Positions 20,083 through 30,433 of a stretch of 64,000 nucleotides of DNA are shown one piece after another. How positions within the stretch are numbered: the first letter of the stretch is position 1; the number at the start of each line of letters is the position of its first letter. The position numbers were made by a program, and so were the translations under genes. The stretch comes from an uncultured Acidobacteriota bacterium (GTDB lineage: Bacteria > Acidobacteriota > Thermoanaerobaculia > Multivoradales > JAHEKO01): the NCBI GenBank assembly GCA_963713825.1, contig CAVQNG010000004.1, positions 128,001-192,000 of the forward strand. The letters are read 5' to 3'. The notes beneath the pieces were generated by a model. That model made no database searches. It was not told the origin of the DNA and saw nothing but the letters and a program-made list of their open reading frames with translations.

Positions 20083-21471
20083 CTATCCCTCCAATAGTCC
20101 CACGTCTCGATACTCTTTGATTTTGCGCTGCAGGGTTCGAAGGCCGATGCCTAGAATCTTGGCCGCCTCGGCTCGCCTGCCATTAGTCAGCTCGAGCGTT
20201 TCAAGGATTGCCAGGCGCTCGATCTCGGCCATGTCCCTGGGCTCTCCCACCACGTTTTGCACCGGCAGACTCGAGGTCGAAAAATGACCCAGCCGAAACT
20301 CGGGCGGCAGATCGGACACCTCGATTTCCTCGCCCTCGTGGAAGATCACCATCGACTCGATGAAGTTCTTGAACTCTCGGACATTGCCAGGCCAGGCGTG
20401 ACTCGACAGCAGCTCCAGCGCTTCGGCTGAAAGCCGCTTGGGAGGCTGGCCATGCTCCTCGCCGAATTGGGCCAGAAAGTGCTCGGCCAGCAGAGCCGTA
20501 TCCTCCAAGCGTTCCCTGAGAGGCGGTACGCGCAGAGTGACGACCTTCAAACGGTAATACAGGTCTTCCCTGAACCTGCCTTCCACCACCTCCTTCTCGA
20601 GATCCCTGTTGGTGGCGGCAAGGAGTCGAAAATCGACGTCGATCACCTCTCCCCCGCCGACCCGCATCACCTGTTTCTCCTCGAGCACCCTCAGCAGCTT
20701 GACCTGGAGCTCCGGGTAGAGCTCGCTGATCTCGTCGAGAAACAGGGTGCCGCGATGGGCCATTTCGAATTTGCCGATCTTGCGGGCCACGGCACCCGTG
20801 AAGGACCCCCTCTCGTGGCCGAAAAGCTCGCTCTCTAGAATGTCCGAGGGTATTGCCCCGCAGTTCAAGGCCAGGAATCGCTCCTCGCTGCGCGGACTCC
20901 CCTGGTGCAGGGCTTTCGCCACCAGCTCCTTCCCCGTTCCACTCTCGCCGGTGATCAAGACACTGGAGCGCGTCGGCGCCACCAGGCGCATCTGCTCGAA
21001 GAGTCGCTCCATCTGCGCTGACTTGGCGACAATGCTCTCGAAGCCATAGCGCTTGTCGAGCATCGTTCTGAGCGTCGTCACCTCTTCCTTGAGCTGGCGG
21101 TTCTCCAGGACATTCGTGACCCGCTTGCGAAGCTCGTAGAGATCGACCGGCTTGGTGAGGTAGTCATCCGCGCCGATCCGCATCGCCTCGACGGCCGACT
21201 CGATACTGCCGAAACCGGTCACGAGAATCACCCCGAAGTCCAGGTCCCGCCGGCGCACCTCGCTCAAAAAGGCGATGCCGTCGGTGCCGGGCATCCTGAG
21301 ATCGCAGACGGCAAGTGCCGCAGTCTCGTTCTCATCCAAGAACAACAGGGCCTTCGCGGCATCGTCGAACGTGCGAACCCGGAGACCGGCCTTCTCGAGC
21401 GCTATGGCCATGGACTCCCTGGATCCGGTCTCGTCGTCGATCACCAGCACGAGTGGGGTATCGCCCGTCAT
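20083..21471 (-). CDS. Sigma54-dependent response regulator (REC-AAA+-Fis HTH)
   Basis: [51 protein letters not shown]-terminal HTH. Confidence 0.96.
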   Translation of the reverse strand: MTGDTPLVLVIDDETGSRESMAIALEKAGLRVRTFDDAAKALLFLDENETAALAVCDLRMPGTDGIAFLSEVRRRDLDFGVILVTGFGSIESAVEAMRIGADDYLTKPVDLYELRKRVTNVLENRQLKEEVTTLRTMLDKRYGFESIVAKSAQMERLFEQMRLVAPTRSSVLITGESGTGKELVAKALHQGSPRSEERFLALNCGAIPSDILESELFGHERGSFTGAVARKIGKFEMAHRGTLFLDEISELYPELQVKLLRVLEEKQVMRVGGGEVIDVDFRLLAATNRDLEKEVVEGRFREDLYYRLKVVTLRVPPLRERLEDTALLAEHFLAQFGEEHGQPPKRLSAEALELLSSHAWPGNVREFKNFIESMVIFHEGEEIEVSDLPPEFRLGHFSTSSLPVQNVVGEPRDMAEIERLAILETLELTNGRRAEAAKILGIGLRTLQRKIKEYRDVGLLEG

Positions 21472-21566
21472 AGCGCCATTTTGGCATACCCACCCCATAG
21501 CCGCCAGTCCCACTCTCCTGCCCTGGAAAAGATCGTGCAGGATTCGCGTAAACTCTCCTCGGACCG

Positions 21567-23801
21567 ATGGTGACGAGATCTCAGCGCCGCTCTGCCCCAC
21601 CAGGAAGCTCAGAGACCGCCAACACCTCTGTGGACGGGATCGTCTCCCGAATCGTCTTCACCAGCGCAGCCAGCTCGTGGACGGTTCTGCGGCTTACCCT
21701 CTCCGACGGTAAGCGGACCACCTTCACGGCGGTAGGGCCGCTTTACGGAGTCCAGCCGGGGGAACGGCTCCGTCTCTCCGGCGCGTGGGAGGAGGACCGC
21801 AAGTTCGGCCGTCAGTTTCGTGTCACTTCGTATCTGGCTCTGCAGCCCGGCACGCTCGATGGAATCGAGCGCTATCTCGGCTCCGGTCTGATTTCGGGTA
21901 TCGGCAAGGTAATGGCAGGGCGGCTGGTGGCCCGTTTCGGTCTCGACACACTCGAGGTCGTTGAAAACGAGCCCTCGCGTCTCAGCGAGGTCGAAGGCAT
22001 CGGACCTGTCCGAGCCCAGCAGATTCGCAAGGCGTGGCGCCACCAACAGGGCCTACGCGACACGCTGGTCTTCCTGCAGTCGCAAGGAATGACCACGAGC
22101 CAAGCCCTGCGCATTCACAAACAGCTCGGAGAGACCGCTGTCGCTGCGGTCCGAGCCAATCCGTACCGACTCGCAGAAGAAGTGACGGGAATCGGCTTCA
22201 AGACTGCCGACCAGATCGCCGCCAGCCTGGGCATCACCGGCGACGCTCCTCAGAGGGTCGAAGCGGGAATCTTGTACGCCTTGGATCGTGCCGCAGACGC
22301 AGGGCATCTCTTCCTGCCCCGACCGCAGCTTCAGGAGGATGCGGGCAGCCTCCTCGACCTCGACGCCGATGGCGGGCCCATGGAGACGGCAGTCGCATCG
22401 CTGGTCGAGCGGAGAGAGATCGTCATCGAACCCTGGGTCTCCCGACAGATCGATGCGGTCTACCGAACCAGGCTACACGGGACGGAAGAGGGTGTTGCCA
22501 CCCGGGTCGAGGCCCTCCTTGCGAGCCCTTCCGTGAGTCGTCAGGTCGATACTCCGAAGGCTCTGGCCTGGCTGCAGGAGAACCAGCATCTAGAGCTGGC
22601 GCCGCAGCAGGTCGAGGCAGTCCGAAGCGCCCTCGACTCGAAGCTACTGATCGTCACGGGCGGCCCCGGCACAGGCAAGACGACCCTGGTGCGGGCCATT
22701 GTCCAGATTCTCACCAAGGCCAGACAGCGGGTACTCCTGGCCGCTCCCACCGGGCGCGCCGCGAATCGCTTGAGTGAAGCCACCCAAGCCCCCGCCAAGA
22801 CAATTCATCGATTGCTGGAGTTCGATCCGCGTCAAAGGCTCTTCCAGCGAGATCGGGACCGCCCGCTGGAGGCGGACTACATCATCGTCGACGAGGCCTC
22901 CATGCTCGACTGCCCCCTCGCCTATCATCTTCTCGACGCCGTCCCGGATGGGGCCAGGCTGGTGCTCGTGGGTGACGTCGACCAACTCCCGTCGGTCGGT
23001 CCGGGACGGGTTCTCGCCGACCTGATCGATTCCCGCCGCCCGGCGGTGGTGCGTCTGCAAACGGTCTTCCGTCAAGCAGCCCGGAGTCGCATCATCACCA
23101 ACGCTCACCTCGTTCGCCGTGGCGAGCTGCCCGACCTCGAATCCAGAAGCCGCACCGAGGACTTCTTCTTCATCGAGCGCCAGGAGCCCGAGGCAATTCT
23201 GGAGACCATCCTGCACCTGGTCACTCGTCGCATCCCAGACAGCTTCGGGTTCGACGCGCATCGCGACATCCAGGTCCTCGCTCCGATGCGGCGCGGCTTG
23301 ATCGGCACCGAGAATCTCAATCTCGAGCTCCAGCGACTTCTGAACCCACCCTCCAGCCAGGACTCCACTCCGCCCGGCCGTCTGCGACAGGGCGACCGTG
23401 TCATGCAGATCCGGAACAACTACGAGCTCGACGTCTTCAATGGCGACGTCGGAAGAGTGCTCCCAAAGGCAGAAGGCGACGAAGGCCTGAGAGTGGACTT
23501 CGGCCGTCGGACCGTCGACTACGAGCCGTCTGAAATCGACGAACTGGTACTGGCCTACGCTTGTTCCGTGCACAAGTCGCAAGGTAGCGAGTACCCCTGC
23601 GTGGTTCTTCCCATCCACACGCAGCACTACATGATGCTGCAGCGCAATCTGCTCTACACGGCAGTGACACGCGGCCGAAGTCTGGTCGTCCTGGTTGGTG
23701 ACCGCCGAGCGCTTGGGATCGCCATCCGCAACGATCGTCAACTCGACCGCTACAGCCGTCTGACGGAGCGCCTTGCGGACCCGCCCCCCTCCGGGGGTTG
23801 A
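21567..23801 (+). CDS. recD2: ATP-dependent RecD2-like SF1 helicase
   Basis: YLGSGLISGIG, HhH, NPYRL, GGPGTGKTT, DEASM, GDVDQLPSVGPG, HKSQGSE. Confidence 0.95.
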   Translation: MVTRSQRRSAPPGSSETANTSVDGIVSRIVFTSAASSWTVLRLTLSDGKRTTFTAVGPLYGVQPGERLRLSGAWEEDRKFGRQFRVTSYLALQPGTLDGIERYLGSGLISGIGKVMAGRLVARFGLDTLEVVENEPSRLSEVEGIGPVRAQQIRKAWRHQQGLRDTLVFLQSQGMTTSQALRIHKQLGETAVAAVRANPYRLAEEVTGIGFKTADQIAASLGITGDAPQRVEAGILYALDRAADAGHLFLPRPQLQEDAGSLLDLDADGGPMETAVASLVERREIVIEPWVSRQIDAVYRTRLHGTEEGVATRVEALLASPSVSRQVDTPKALAWLQENQHLELAPQQVEAVRSALDSKLLIVTGGPGTGKTTLVRAIVQILTKARQRVLLAAPTGRAANRLSEATQAPAKTIHRLLEFDPRQRLFQRDRDRPLEADYIIVDEASMLDCPLAYHLLDAVPDGARLVLVGDVDQLPSVGPGRVLADLIDSRRPAVVRLQTVFRQAARSRIITNAHLVRRGELPDLESRSRTEDFFFIERQEPEAILETILHLVTRRIPDSFGFDAHRDIQVLAPMRRGLIGTENLNLELQRLLNPPSSQDSTPPGRLRQGDRVMQIRNNYELDVFNGDVGRVLPKAEGDEGLRVDFGRRTVDYEPSEIDELVLAYACSVHKSQGSEYPCVVLPIHTQHYMMLQRNLLYTAVTRGRSLVVLVGDRRALGIAIRNDRQLDRYSRLTERLADPPPSGG

Positions 23802-23902
23802 GGCGCCCGCTCGTTCCTCCCGGTCGATCCTTGAAGGCTTGGGGTTGAGGCGGCTGTCGCTTGCTCCAGCCGATCTCTGGGGCAATGGGGCCCCCTCGCA
23901 TT

Positions 23903-23966
23903 CCCCTAGGCCCTACGCCCCTAAGCCCCTATTTCCCATTGCTCCACTGCCTCAAGGCCTAGTAGG
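23903..23966 (+). repeat. Degenerate 8-bp tandem repeat (CCCTAAGC-like), reverse complement of the 4.8 kb repeat
   Basis: cccctagg ccctacgc ccctaagc ccctattt cccattgc tccactgc ctcaaggc. Confidence 0.7.
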
Positions 23967-24208
23967 TGCCAGAGGTTTGTTCGGGTGGTTCGACAGGGGG
24001 CGCCTCGTCGAGCGCGGCGCAAGAGCCACGAAAGAGCTCGACAGATGAGGCGCGATGACGAGACGAGGTGGCGGCCCGTCCGTCGCAGTCTGAGTAGCCG
24101 CCGCCGTCCCCCGGCGGACCAGCCGAACGAACCTCCAGTAGACAACCGGATCAGGCAGATGAAGCAATGGCAGCGGTGCCGCGCCGCCGCTTCACTAATG
24201 GTTGGAGC

Positions 24209-24239
24209 AAGAAAGAAGGGCGGGACCGAAGTCCCGCCC
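24209..24239 (-). terminator. Rho-independent terminator of the ECF operon
   Basis: Minus strand GGGCGGGAC-TTCG-GTCCCGCCC followed by TTCTTTCTT. Confidence 0.85.
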
Positions 24240-24266
24240 GTTGGTTAGTCGATTCTGCAGCGCTGC

Positions 24267-25895
24267 TCAGCTGAGAGGATCGCGATCGTCATCCGGGGCT
24301 TGAGGTGCATCGAGCTCGATGTCGATCACGCCGTTGGTGTCCGTCTCCGTGTAGGGATACTCGGGCTCGACCGGTTGAACTGGCTCGGCCACTGGAGGCG
24401 TTGGGATCACGGGTGCAGGAGGTGCGGCCTGTCCACCCCAGCCTTCGGCGGTACCGAAGCGGGTCAGCACGGCGGCACCGAAACCGACGGTCCAGGCCAC
24501 ATACTTCACCAATGCCCCGAAGATCGCAAACATCATCACGAAGAACCACAGCCAGCCGCCACCGAAATCAAGTAGGTCCGCGATCAGCGACCAGATAGCG
24601 ATCGCGGCGATACCCAGCACCAGGACCAGGTAGGGACTGGCCAAGGTCCAGCCGAATCGCTCCTCGAGAATCCGACCAAGCCGCATCGCGACGGCGCAGA
24701 ATCCCATCAACGCCAGGAGCAACAGTCCAATGATGGCGAACGGCAGCAGCAGTAACAGTGGAATCCCGATGATCGAGATCACCAGAACCAACAGCACCAC
24801 GATGAACAGAGGCAGGATCAGGATCTGCGACAACAGTCCTACCAGCCCGGATTTCCAGGGCTCCGTGGCCACCTTGCGCTCCATACGCTCCAGAGGCTTG
24901 CGACCGAGGAGCAGTACCAGGCAGGCAAACAGGAGAAATATGATCAGGGAGAAGCCTGTCCATGCGGCGCTCATGGCAACATCCATGGGGCCGAAGTGCC
25001 AGTCGTCGCTGTCACGCCACCCATCAGGGCGGAAGAAGGCACCACTACCGATTCTCCAGAATGGAAAGTCGGCGCCGAACGGCACTGAAACTCTTTGGCC
25101 GCCAACTTCCACATCACCGCTCTCTTCGACCGTGCCACCGACTGCCACCACATCACCCGACACATCGGCACCGTCTTCCAGATGAACACTGCCACCCACC
25201 GCGACGACATCTCCAGTCACTACGCCGGAGATGGTCGCGGAGCTTCCAATGGCGGCAGCGTCGCCCTTCACCTTGCCTCGGACAGTGAGCGGTGCGCCAA
25301 AGACAACCGCCTCGCGCGCCACCTCATCCTCTTCCACAGTGAGGCTGGTTCCGAAGACAACTTGCGTGTCCTTCTTCCTGAGCTTCTTCTCGAGAGCAGC
25401 GACGGTTTCTTCAACCTCCTCCGCCAACTCCTCCTCTGCCAACTCCTCTTCGTTAACAACGACCTCGGCGATCACTGCCACCTCGGAGGGCTCGGCGGCG
25501 AACAGACCTCGCAGCTGCGCCTCTTCCAGCTCGGAAAGCTGCAGCACCAGATTCGAGTCGGCCTCACCGAGGCTCTCCCGCAGTTGGCCGATCGCGACCA
25601 CTTCTCCGTCGGCAGCCAGCTCTCCGCGGCTGATCTCGATGGTCGAGACCGCGCTGTCGTCATCCAGAGCTTCGAGAAGAACGCCTCTGCTCAGCAGCTT
25701 CACATCGAAGCGCTCGAGGGTGTCCTCTCGAAGCTCGAAATCCTCCGGCTCCAGAACGACCTCGGCCGTGACCTCCACCTGTGCTCCGAGAGAGACACCT
25801 CCCAGGAAGATCAAGACCACAGCCAATGCACCCAACCATGCGCCTGGCCACTTCCAACCTGCGTTACCTTCAGATCGAACGAACATATCGAGCAC
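24267..25895 (-). CDS. Membrane protein with bactofilin-like (polymer-forming cytoskeletal) beta-helix repeats and multi-TM C-terminus
   Basis: Signal-like N-terminus, repeats VxGDVVAVGG, five or more TM helices, Pro-rich tail; start may be 25886. Confidence 0.8.
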   Translation of the reverse strand: MLDMFVRSEGNAGWKWPGAWLGALAVVLIFLGGVSLGAQVEVTAEVVLEPEDFELREDTLERFDVKLLSRGVLLEALDDDSAVSTIEISRGELAADGEVVAIGQLRESLGEADSNLVLQLSELEEAQLRGLFAAEPSEVAVIAEVVVNEEELAEEELAEEVEETVAALEKKLRKKDTQVVFGTSLTVEEDEVAREAVVFGAPLTVRGKVKGDAAAIGSSATISGVVTGDVVAVGGSVHLEDGADVSGDVVAVGGTVEESGDVEVGGQRVSVPFGADFPFWRIGSGAFFRPDGWRDSDDWHFGPMDVAMSAAWTGFSLIIFLLFACLVLLLGRKPLERMERKVATEPWKSGLVGLLSQILILPLFIVVLLVLVISIIGIPLLLLLPFAIIGLLLLALMGFCAVAMRLGRILEERFGWTLASPYLVLVLGIAAIAIWSLIADLLDFGGGWLWFFVMMFAIFGALVKYVAWTVGFGAAVLTRFGTAEGWGGQAAPPAPVIPTPPVAEPVQPVEPEYPYTETDTNGVIDIELDAPQAPDDDRDPLS

Positions 25896-26415
25896 TCCTC
25901 TCGGAATCGATCAAGCCCTGCAAGAGGCGAAATGCGACGAGGCTCAACAGCACACTCACCGCCATGACGCCCAGAAACGTCGCCGACGAAAAGACCGACG
26001 ACAAGACTGCGCCCACTTCGGAGATGTCCCGCCAGTAGGCCAAGCCTGCACCCAGGCGCTGGAGGAAGGCCATCAGCCCTCCCACGAGCACTCCAACCAG
26101 CCGTGCGGGCTGAAGAAGGCCCAGTGTGGGTTGCAAGAGGCTTGGCACCAGGACAGCGGCAAGACCAGAAAGCAGCAGACTGACCGCCAGGGTGAAACGC
26201 CATGCCCAAGCAGGATCCTGCAGCCCTGTCCGTCCGGGCTCAGGGGCGATGCCGGCCGACACGAGGACCCTCTCGGCGAAGCCGAGTGGCACCGGCGCCT
26301 CGGGCAATCTCGTGATCACCTGCTGCAATGCCTGTTCAGAACCTTCGTCGGAGCCACTTTGCTCCTGCTCCAGCCAGTTCTGAACAGCGTTTTTGAGCGA
26401 TTGCTTCACCTTCAT
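25870..26415 (-). CDS. Putative membrane anti-sigma factor
   Basis: Directly after ECF sigma; PxPxGFAERVL motif followed by 2-3 TM helices; RBS GAGGAG. Confidence 0.7.
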   Translation of the reverse strand: MKVKQSLKNAVQNWLEQEQSGSDEGSEQALQQVITRLPEAPVPLGFAERVLVSAGIAPEPGRTGLQDPAWAWRFTLAVSLLLSGLAAVLVPSLLQPTLGLLQPARLVGVLVGGLMAFLQRLGAGLAYWRDISEVGAVLSSVFSSATFLGVMAVSVLLSLVAFRLLQGLIDSERSARYVRSI

Positions 26416-26432
26416 TCTCCTCTAATGCGCCC

Positions 26433-26459
26433 TACGGGCCCCTGCACCCATAAGTTTCG
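26433..26459 (-). promoter_or_regulatory. Putative ECF-type promoter upstream of the anti-sigma gene
   Basis: GAAAC-17 nt-CGTA, SigW/SigM-like. Confidence 0.45.
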
Positions 26460-26476
26460 CTGATTTTCGAACCTTT

Positions 26477-27067
26477 TCATCGCTTTTTCGGCTCCCAGCC
26501 CCTGGCCGTCAAGAACCGGGCCATCGCCTTCCGAGCCCGAAACAGGTGGGTCTTGACCGTTCCCAGCGGGAGATCGGTCACTGCGGCGATTTCTTCGTAG
26601 GACAAGCCCTCGTGAAACCTCAACAGAACCACTTCCCGGTACTCGGGTCGCAGCCGCTCCAGCGAGGCTTCCAGGTCCTTCGCCAGGTCCTGTCTCTGCA
26701 GCGCTGAGTCGGGCGATTCGGCATCGCTGTCGGGGACGACGGCCAGAAGATCGGGCTCTCCGTCCGGGGTCTCCAAAGCGACCGTGTCCAGCTGCTTCCG
26801 GCGCAGATGGTCGATGGCGACGTTGTGGGCGATCTTGAACAGCCAACTCGAGAACTTGCGGGATTGATCGAATGTGCCGAGAGCCCTAAACGCCTTGACG
26901 AAGACCTCCTGGGCCAGATCTTCCGCTAGCATCCGATCCCTGACCATCCTCTGCAACAGCCCCCAAACCGGCCGCTGATAGCGCAGCACCAGCTGTCGAT
27001 GCGCCTCCTGAGAGCCGTCGAGCGCCTCCTGAATCAGCTCGGCATCCTGCGGCTTGCGCTCGGTCAA
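26477..27067 (-). CDS. ECF sigma factor (SigW/RpoE-like)
   Basis: AEDLAQEVFVKAF, FSSWLFKIAHN, GLSYEEIA..TDLPLGTVKTHLFRAR; start uncertain (TTG 27067; ORF open to 27172). Confidence 0.92.
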   Translation of the reverse strand: MTERKPQDAELIQEALDGSQEAHRQLVLRYQRPVWGLLQRMVRDRMLAEDLAQEVFVKAFRALGTFDQSRKFSSWLFKIAHNVAIDHLRRKQLDTVALETPDGEPDLLAVVPDSDAESPDSALQRQDLAKDLEASLERLRPEYREVVLLRFHEGLSYEEIAAVTDLPLGTVKTHLFRARKAMARFLTARGWEPKKR

Positions 27068-27235
27068 TGTGGAATCCTGTTTTCCGGCAGATCCGGTGGG
27101 CTCACAGCATTCTAGCCCGAGTTGCCGACCGCCACTCTCCTCTGCTCCGACATCGAATGCCCCTGCCTGCACCGAGTGCTGCTCAGCCCGATATACTCAC
27201 GCCGATTCATGGATACGAGGTTCCAAGAGGCGACG

Positions 27236-28786
27236 ATGCCAGAAACGACACCCTGGACAGTCAATGATCTCCACCAGATGGAGCAGCGGGGAGTCTCTCC
27301 CGAGGAGATCCGGCGCCAACTGGAGATCTTCCGTCGTCCGGCCCCGGTCACCCGGCTCGAGAAGCCCTGTCTCCTGGAGGACGGTGTCCTGACCATCTCC
27401 AAAGAGGACGGCGACAAGCTGCTCGCAGAGTGGCGCCAGCTGGCGAGCTCAGGGCGATTGGCCAAATTCGTACCTGCATCCGGAGCTGCCACCAGGATGT
27501 TTCAGGAGATGAAGAGTGCGCTCAATGGGCTTACCGACGGCTCGTATGGGGCGACAGCCGACGACTCCGGTGTCATGCATCGGCTGGTAACAGCCCTGAC
27601 GAGCTTCCCGTTCTGGGAGCGGCTTCAAACGCTCTCGGGCACTGGCAACCCGAGTCTCGGACTCGAGCCCAGCCGTGAGAAGGTCCGGCAGCTCCTGGTC
27701 AACCTGTTGGAGCCGAGCGGCCTGGGTTTGGCAACTCTGCCGAAGGGCCTGATCGAGTTCCACAAATACGAGTCCGGCCCCCGTAGCGCCTTCGAAGAGC
27801 ACCTGGTGGAAGGGACCACCTACCTCGCAACGCCCGGCGGTACGTGCCGCTATCACTTCACGGTCTCGGCGGAGCACCTGGCAGACTTCGAGAGATCCCT
27901 AGCCTCAGCGGGGCCTCGGATCGAGGGCCAGACCGGGATGGGCCTGGAAGTCTCCTTCTCCACCCAGAGCCCTTCGACCGACACGCTGGCCGTCGATCTT
28001 CAGAATCACCCTTTCCGGCTTGCGGGTGGCGAGCTACTGTTCCGACCGGCGGGTCACGGCTCCCTGATCGAGAACTTGCACCAACTCGGCGGCGACATCG
28101 TCTTCATCAAGAACATCGACAACATCGCACCAGAGCGCCAGCACGACGACTCCGGACATTGGAAGCGCCTCCTCGCTGGCAAGCTCGGGCAACTACAGAG
28201 GAACGTGTTCGCTTTGGCAGAAAGGCTCGAGTCCGCCTGCACCGACCAACTTGTGGACGAGGCTCTCGACTTCCTGAGCGAAGAGTTGAGCGTCCAGGTC
28301 CCCAGGGAGTCTCTGGACCCATCGCTCCTCACTCGCCGTAAAGTCGTACTCGAGCTGCTCGATCGACCCTTGAGAGTCTGTGCAGTGGTACGAAACGAGG
28401 GCCAGCCGGGTGGCGGACCCTTCTGGGTTCACGACGCGGCCAGGGGTTTGACCTGCCAGATCGTCGAGGCCGCCCAGGTCGATCACGAGGATCCCGCTCA
28501 AGAGGAGATCTGGAGCGCCTCGACCCACTTCAATCCGACGGACCTGGTCTGTGGGCTGAGGAGTCGCAAAGGAGAGCCCTTCGACCTCTCTCGTTTCATC
28601 GACCCCGAGATGTCCTTTGTGACCGAAAAGAGCCATGAGGGCCGACCGCTCCGGGCCCTCGAGAGACCCGGCCTCTGGAATGGCGCCATGGCTGGGTGGA
28701 ACACTGTTTTCGTCGAGGTCCCCCTCTCGACATTCACCCCGGTCAAGACGGTGTTCGACCTGCTTCAGGCCGAACACCGCGCCTGA
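27236..28786 (+). CDS. DUF4301 family protein
   Basis: KFVPASGAATRMF, PKGL, FEEHLVEG, FRPAGHG, IKNIDN, HFNPTDLVC, ERPGLWNGAM. Confidence 0.9.
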   Translation: MPETTPWTVNDLHQMEQRGVSPEEIRRQLEIFRRPAPVTRLEKPCLLEDGVLTISKEDGDKLLAEWRQLASSGRLAKFVPASGAATRMFQEMKSALNGLTDGSYGATADDSGVMHRLVTALTSFPFWERLQTLSGTGNPSLGLEPSREKVRQLLVNLLEPSGLGLATLPKGLIEFHKYESGPRSAFEEHLVEGTTYLATPGGTCRYHFTVSAEHLADFERSLASAGPRIEGQTGMGLEVSFSTQSPSTDTLAVDLQNHPFRLAGGELLFRPAGHGSLIENLHQLGGDIVFIKNIDNIAPERQHDDSGHWKRLLAGKLGQLQRNVFALAERLESACTDQLVDEALDFLSEELSVQVPRESLDPSLLTRRKVVLELLDRPLRVCAVVRNEGQPGGGPFWVHDAARGLTCQIVEAAQVDHEDPAQEEIWSASTHFNPTDLVCGLRSRKGEPFDLSRFIDPEMSFVTEKSHEGRPLRALERPGLWNGAMAGWNTVFVEVPLSTFTPVKTVFDLLQAEHRA

Positions 28787-28806
28787 CAACCAGTGTTCGA
28801 ATCGCC

Positions 28807-30138
28807 CTAGAAAGCGTGCAGGTAGAGATCCCGCTCCCAGTTGTGCACGTGGGAGATGTAGTCGTGCCACTCCTGACGCTTGGCGCGGACGAAGTTCTCG
28901 GTAATGTGCTCGCCGAGGGCCTCTTTGATAACCGCGTCCTTTTCCAGGGCATCGAGGGCCTCGGATAGATCGGCCGGCAGGGCGTCGATCTTGAGCCGCT
29001 TTTTCTCCCTCTGGCTCATGGTCCAGATGTTCTTGTTCACCGGTGGCCCCGGATCCAGGTCGTTCTGGATTCCATCCAGCCCGGAGGCCAACATGGCGGT
29101 AAAGGCGAGATAGGGATTGCAGGCCGGATCTGGCATTCGAACCTCACACCGGGTGGACATACCGCGGCGATCGGGGACTCGCACCAGCGGGCTGCGGTTC
29201 TTTTCGGACCAAGCGATGGCGGTCGGGGCTTCGTAGCCCGGAACGAGCCGCTTGTAGGAGTTGATCAACGGATTGGTGACGGCAACAAAGGCCTTGGCGT
29301 GCTTGAGGACGCCCCCAATGTAGCCCAGAGCCACCTTCGACAGCTCCCACTTGGCCTCAGGATCGAAGAAGACGTTATTCCCACGCTTGTCCATGAGACT
29401 CTGATGGGTGTGCATGCCCGATCCGTTCACACCGAAGATCGGCTTCGGCATGAAGGTGGCGTGCAGTCCATGGTCCAGGGCGACTTTCTTGACGACAAAA
29501 CGGAACGTCGCCACTTTGTCCGCACAATCGAGCGCTTCAGAGTACTTGAAGTCGATCTCGTGCTGTCCCGGTGCCACTTCATGGTGCGCGGCCTCGACCT
29601 CGAAGTCCATGGACTCGAGGACCGACACAATGTCCCGACGGCACTCCTCCCCCAGATCGACAGGGGTCAGATCGAAATAGCCACCGACGTCATGGGTCTC
29701 GATCAGCGTGTTGCCATTCTCGTCCTTCTGAAAGAGAAAGAACTCGGCCTCTGGCCCGGCTACCATCTGGAAGCCCAGCTTGTCGGCCGCTGCGATCTGC
29801 CGCTTGAGTGCGAGGCGGGGACAACCGGCGAACTCGGAACCGTCGGGCCGATGGATATCGCAGATGACGCGACCGACCCGAGAACCGTCGGCACTAGCCC
29901 AGGGGTTGACCTGAAAGGTGTCCAGATCGGGCACCAATAGCATGTCGGACTCTTCGATGCGGACGAAGCCCTCGATCGACGAGCCATCGAACATGATCTG
30001 TCCGTCGAGGGCCTTTTCAAACTGGCTGCGCGGCACCTCCACGTTTTTCAAGACACCCATAATGTCGGTGAACTGGAGGCGCAGAAAGCGCACAGTCTCC
30101 GCGTCAGAGGTCTTCAGAATCTCGGCTTTGGATAGCAC
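28807..30138 (-). CDS. glnA: Glutamine synthetase type I
   Basis: FDGSSIEGF, HHEVAPGQHEI, FMPKP, NGSGMHTH, YKRLVPGYEAP; GTG start with GGAGG RBS. Confidence 0.98.
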   Translation of the reverse strand: MLSKAEILKTSDAETVRFLRLQFTDIMGVLKNVEVPRSQFEKALDGQIMFDGSSIEGFVRIEESDMLLVPDLDTFQVNPWASADGSRVGRVICDIHRPDGSEFAGCPRLALKRQIAAADKLGFQMVAGPEAEFFLFQKDENGNTLIETHDVGGYFDLTPVDLGEECRRDIVSVLESMDFEVEAAHHEVAPGQHEIDFKYSEALDCADKVATFRFVVKKVALDHGLHATFMPKPIFGVNGSGMHTHQSLMDKRGNNVFFDPEAKWELSKVALGYIGGVLKHAKAFVAVTNPLINSYKRLVPGYEAPTAIAWSEKNRSPLVRVPDRRGMSTRCEVRMPDPACNPYLAFTAMLASGLDGIQNDLDPGPPVNKNIWTMSQREKKRLKIDALPADLSEALDALEKDAVIKEALGEHITENFVRAKRQEWHDYISHVHNWERDLYLHAF

Positions 30139-30168
30139 AATGTCCCTCCATTGGTTTTCAGTTCGCAA

Positions 30169-30197
30169 AAACTAACCCATCATTCACTAGAAAGCAA
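30169..30197 (-). promoter_or_regulatory. sigma70 promoter for glnA
   Basis: TTGCTT-17 nt-TAGTTT in an AT-rich patch. Confidence 0.55.
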
Positions 30198-30433
30198 CAG
30201 AAATATTACAAATTGACGAATAAATCTGGCCCAACTGGCGCAACTGCGAATCTGGTAGTTTTGACCGTCCGAATCGCGCCTCCCCATGCACCACGGGTGC
30301 GCCACGATCCTCCTGTGGTAGCGTCCAACTTCACCCGGGCGGTTCAGGATCGAACCGATGATCTCCTGAAACACGTAGGTTCTCGAGCCAGCGGGCCCCA
30401 TCAGAGGTCAAGGCCCTTGAAGAGGAGCCTTCC

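Noticed and set aside
20790-20810. GSFTGA instead of GAFTGA in the sigma54 activator
   Set aside because: A common tolerated variant; not evidence of novelty
30288-30302. TGCACC-ACG-GGTGCG as an NtrC site upstream of glnA
   Set aside because: Spacer is 3 nt rather than 5 and no -24/-12 promoter was found for glnA
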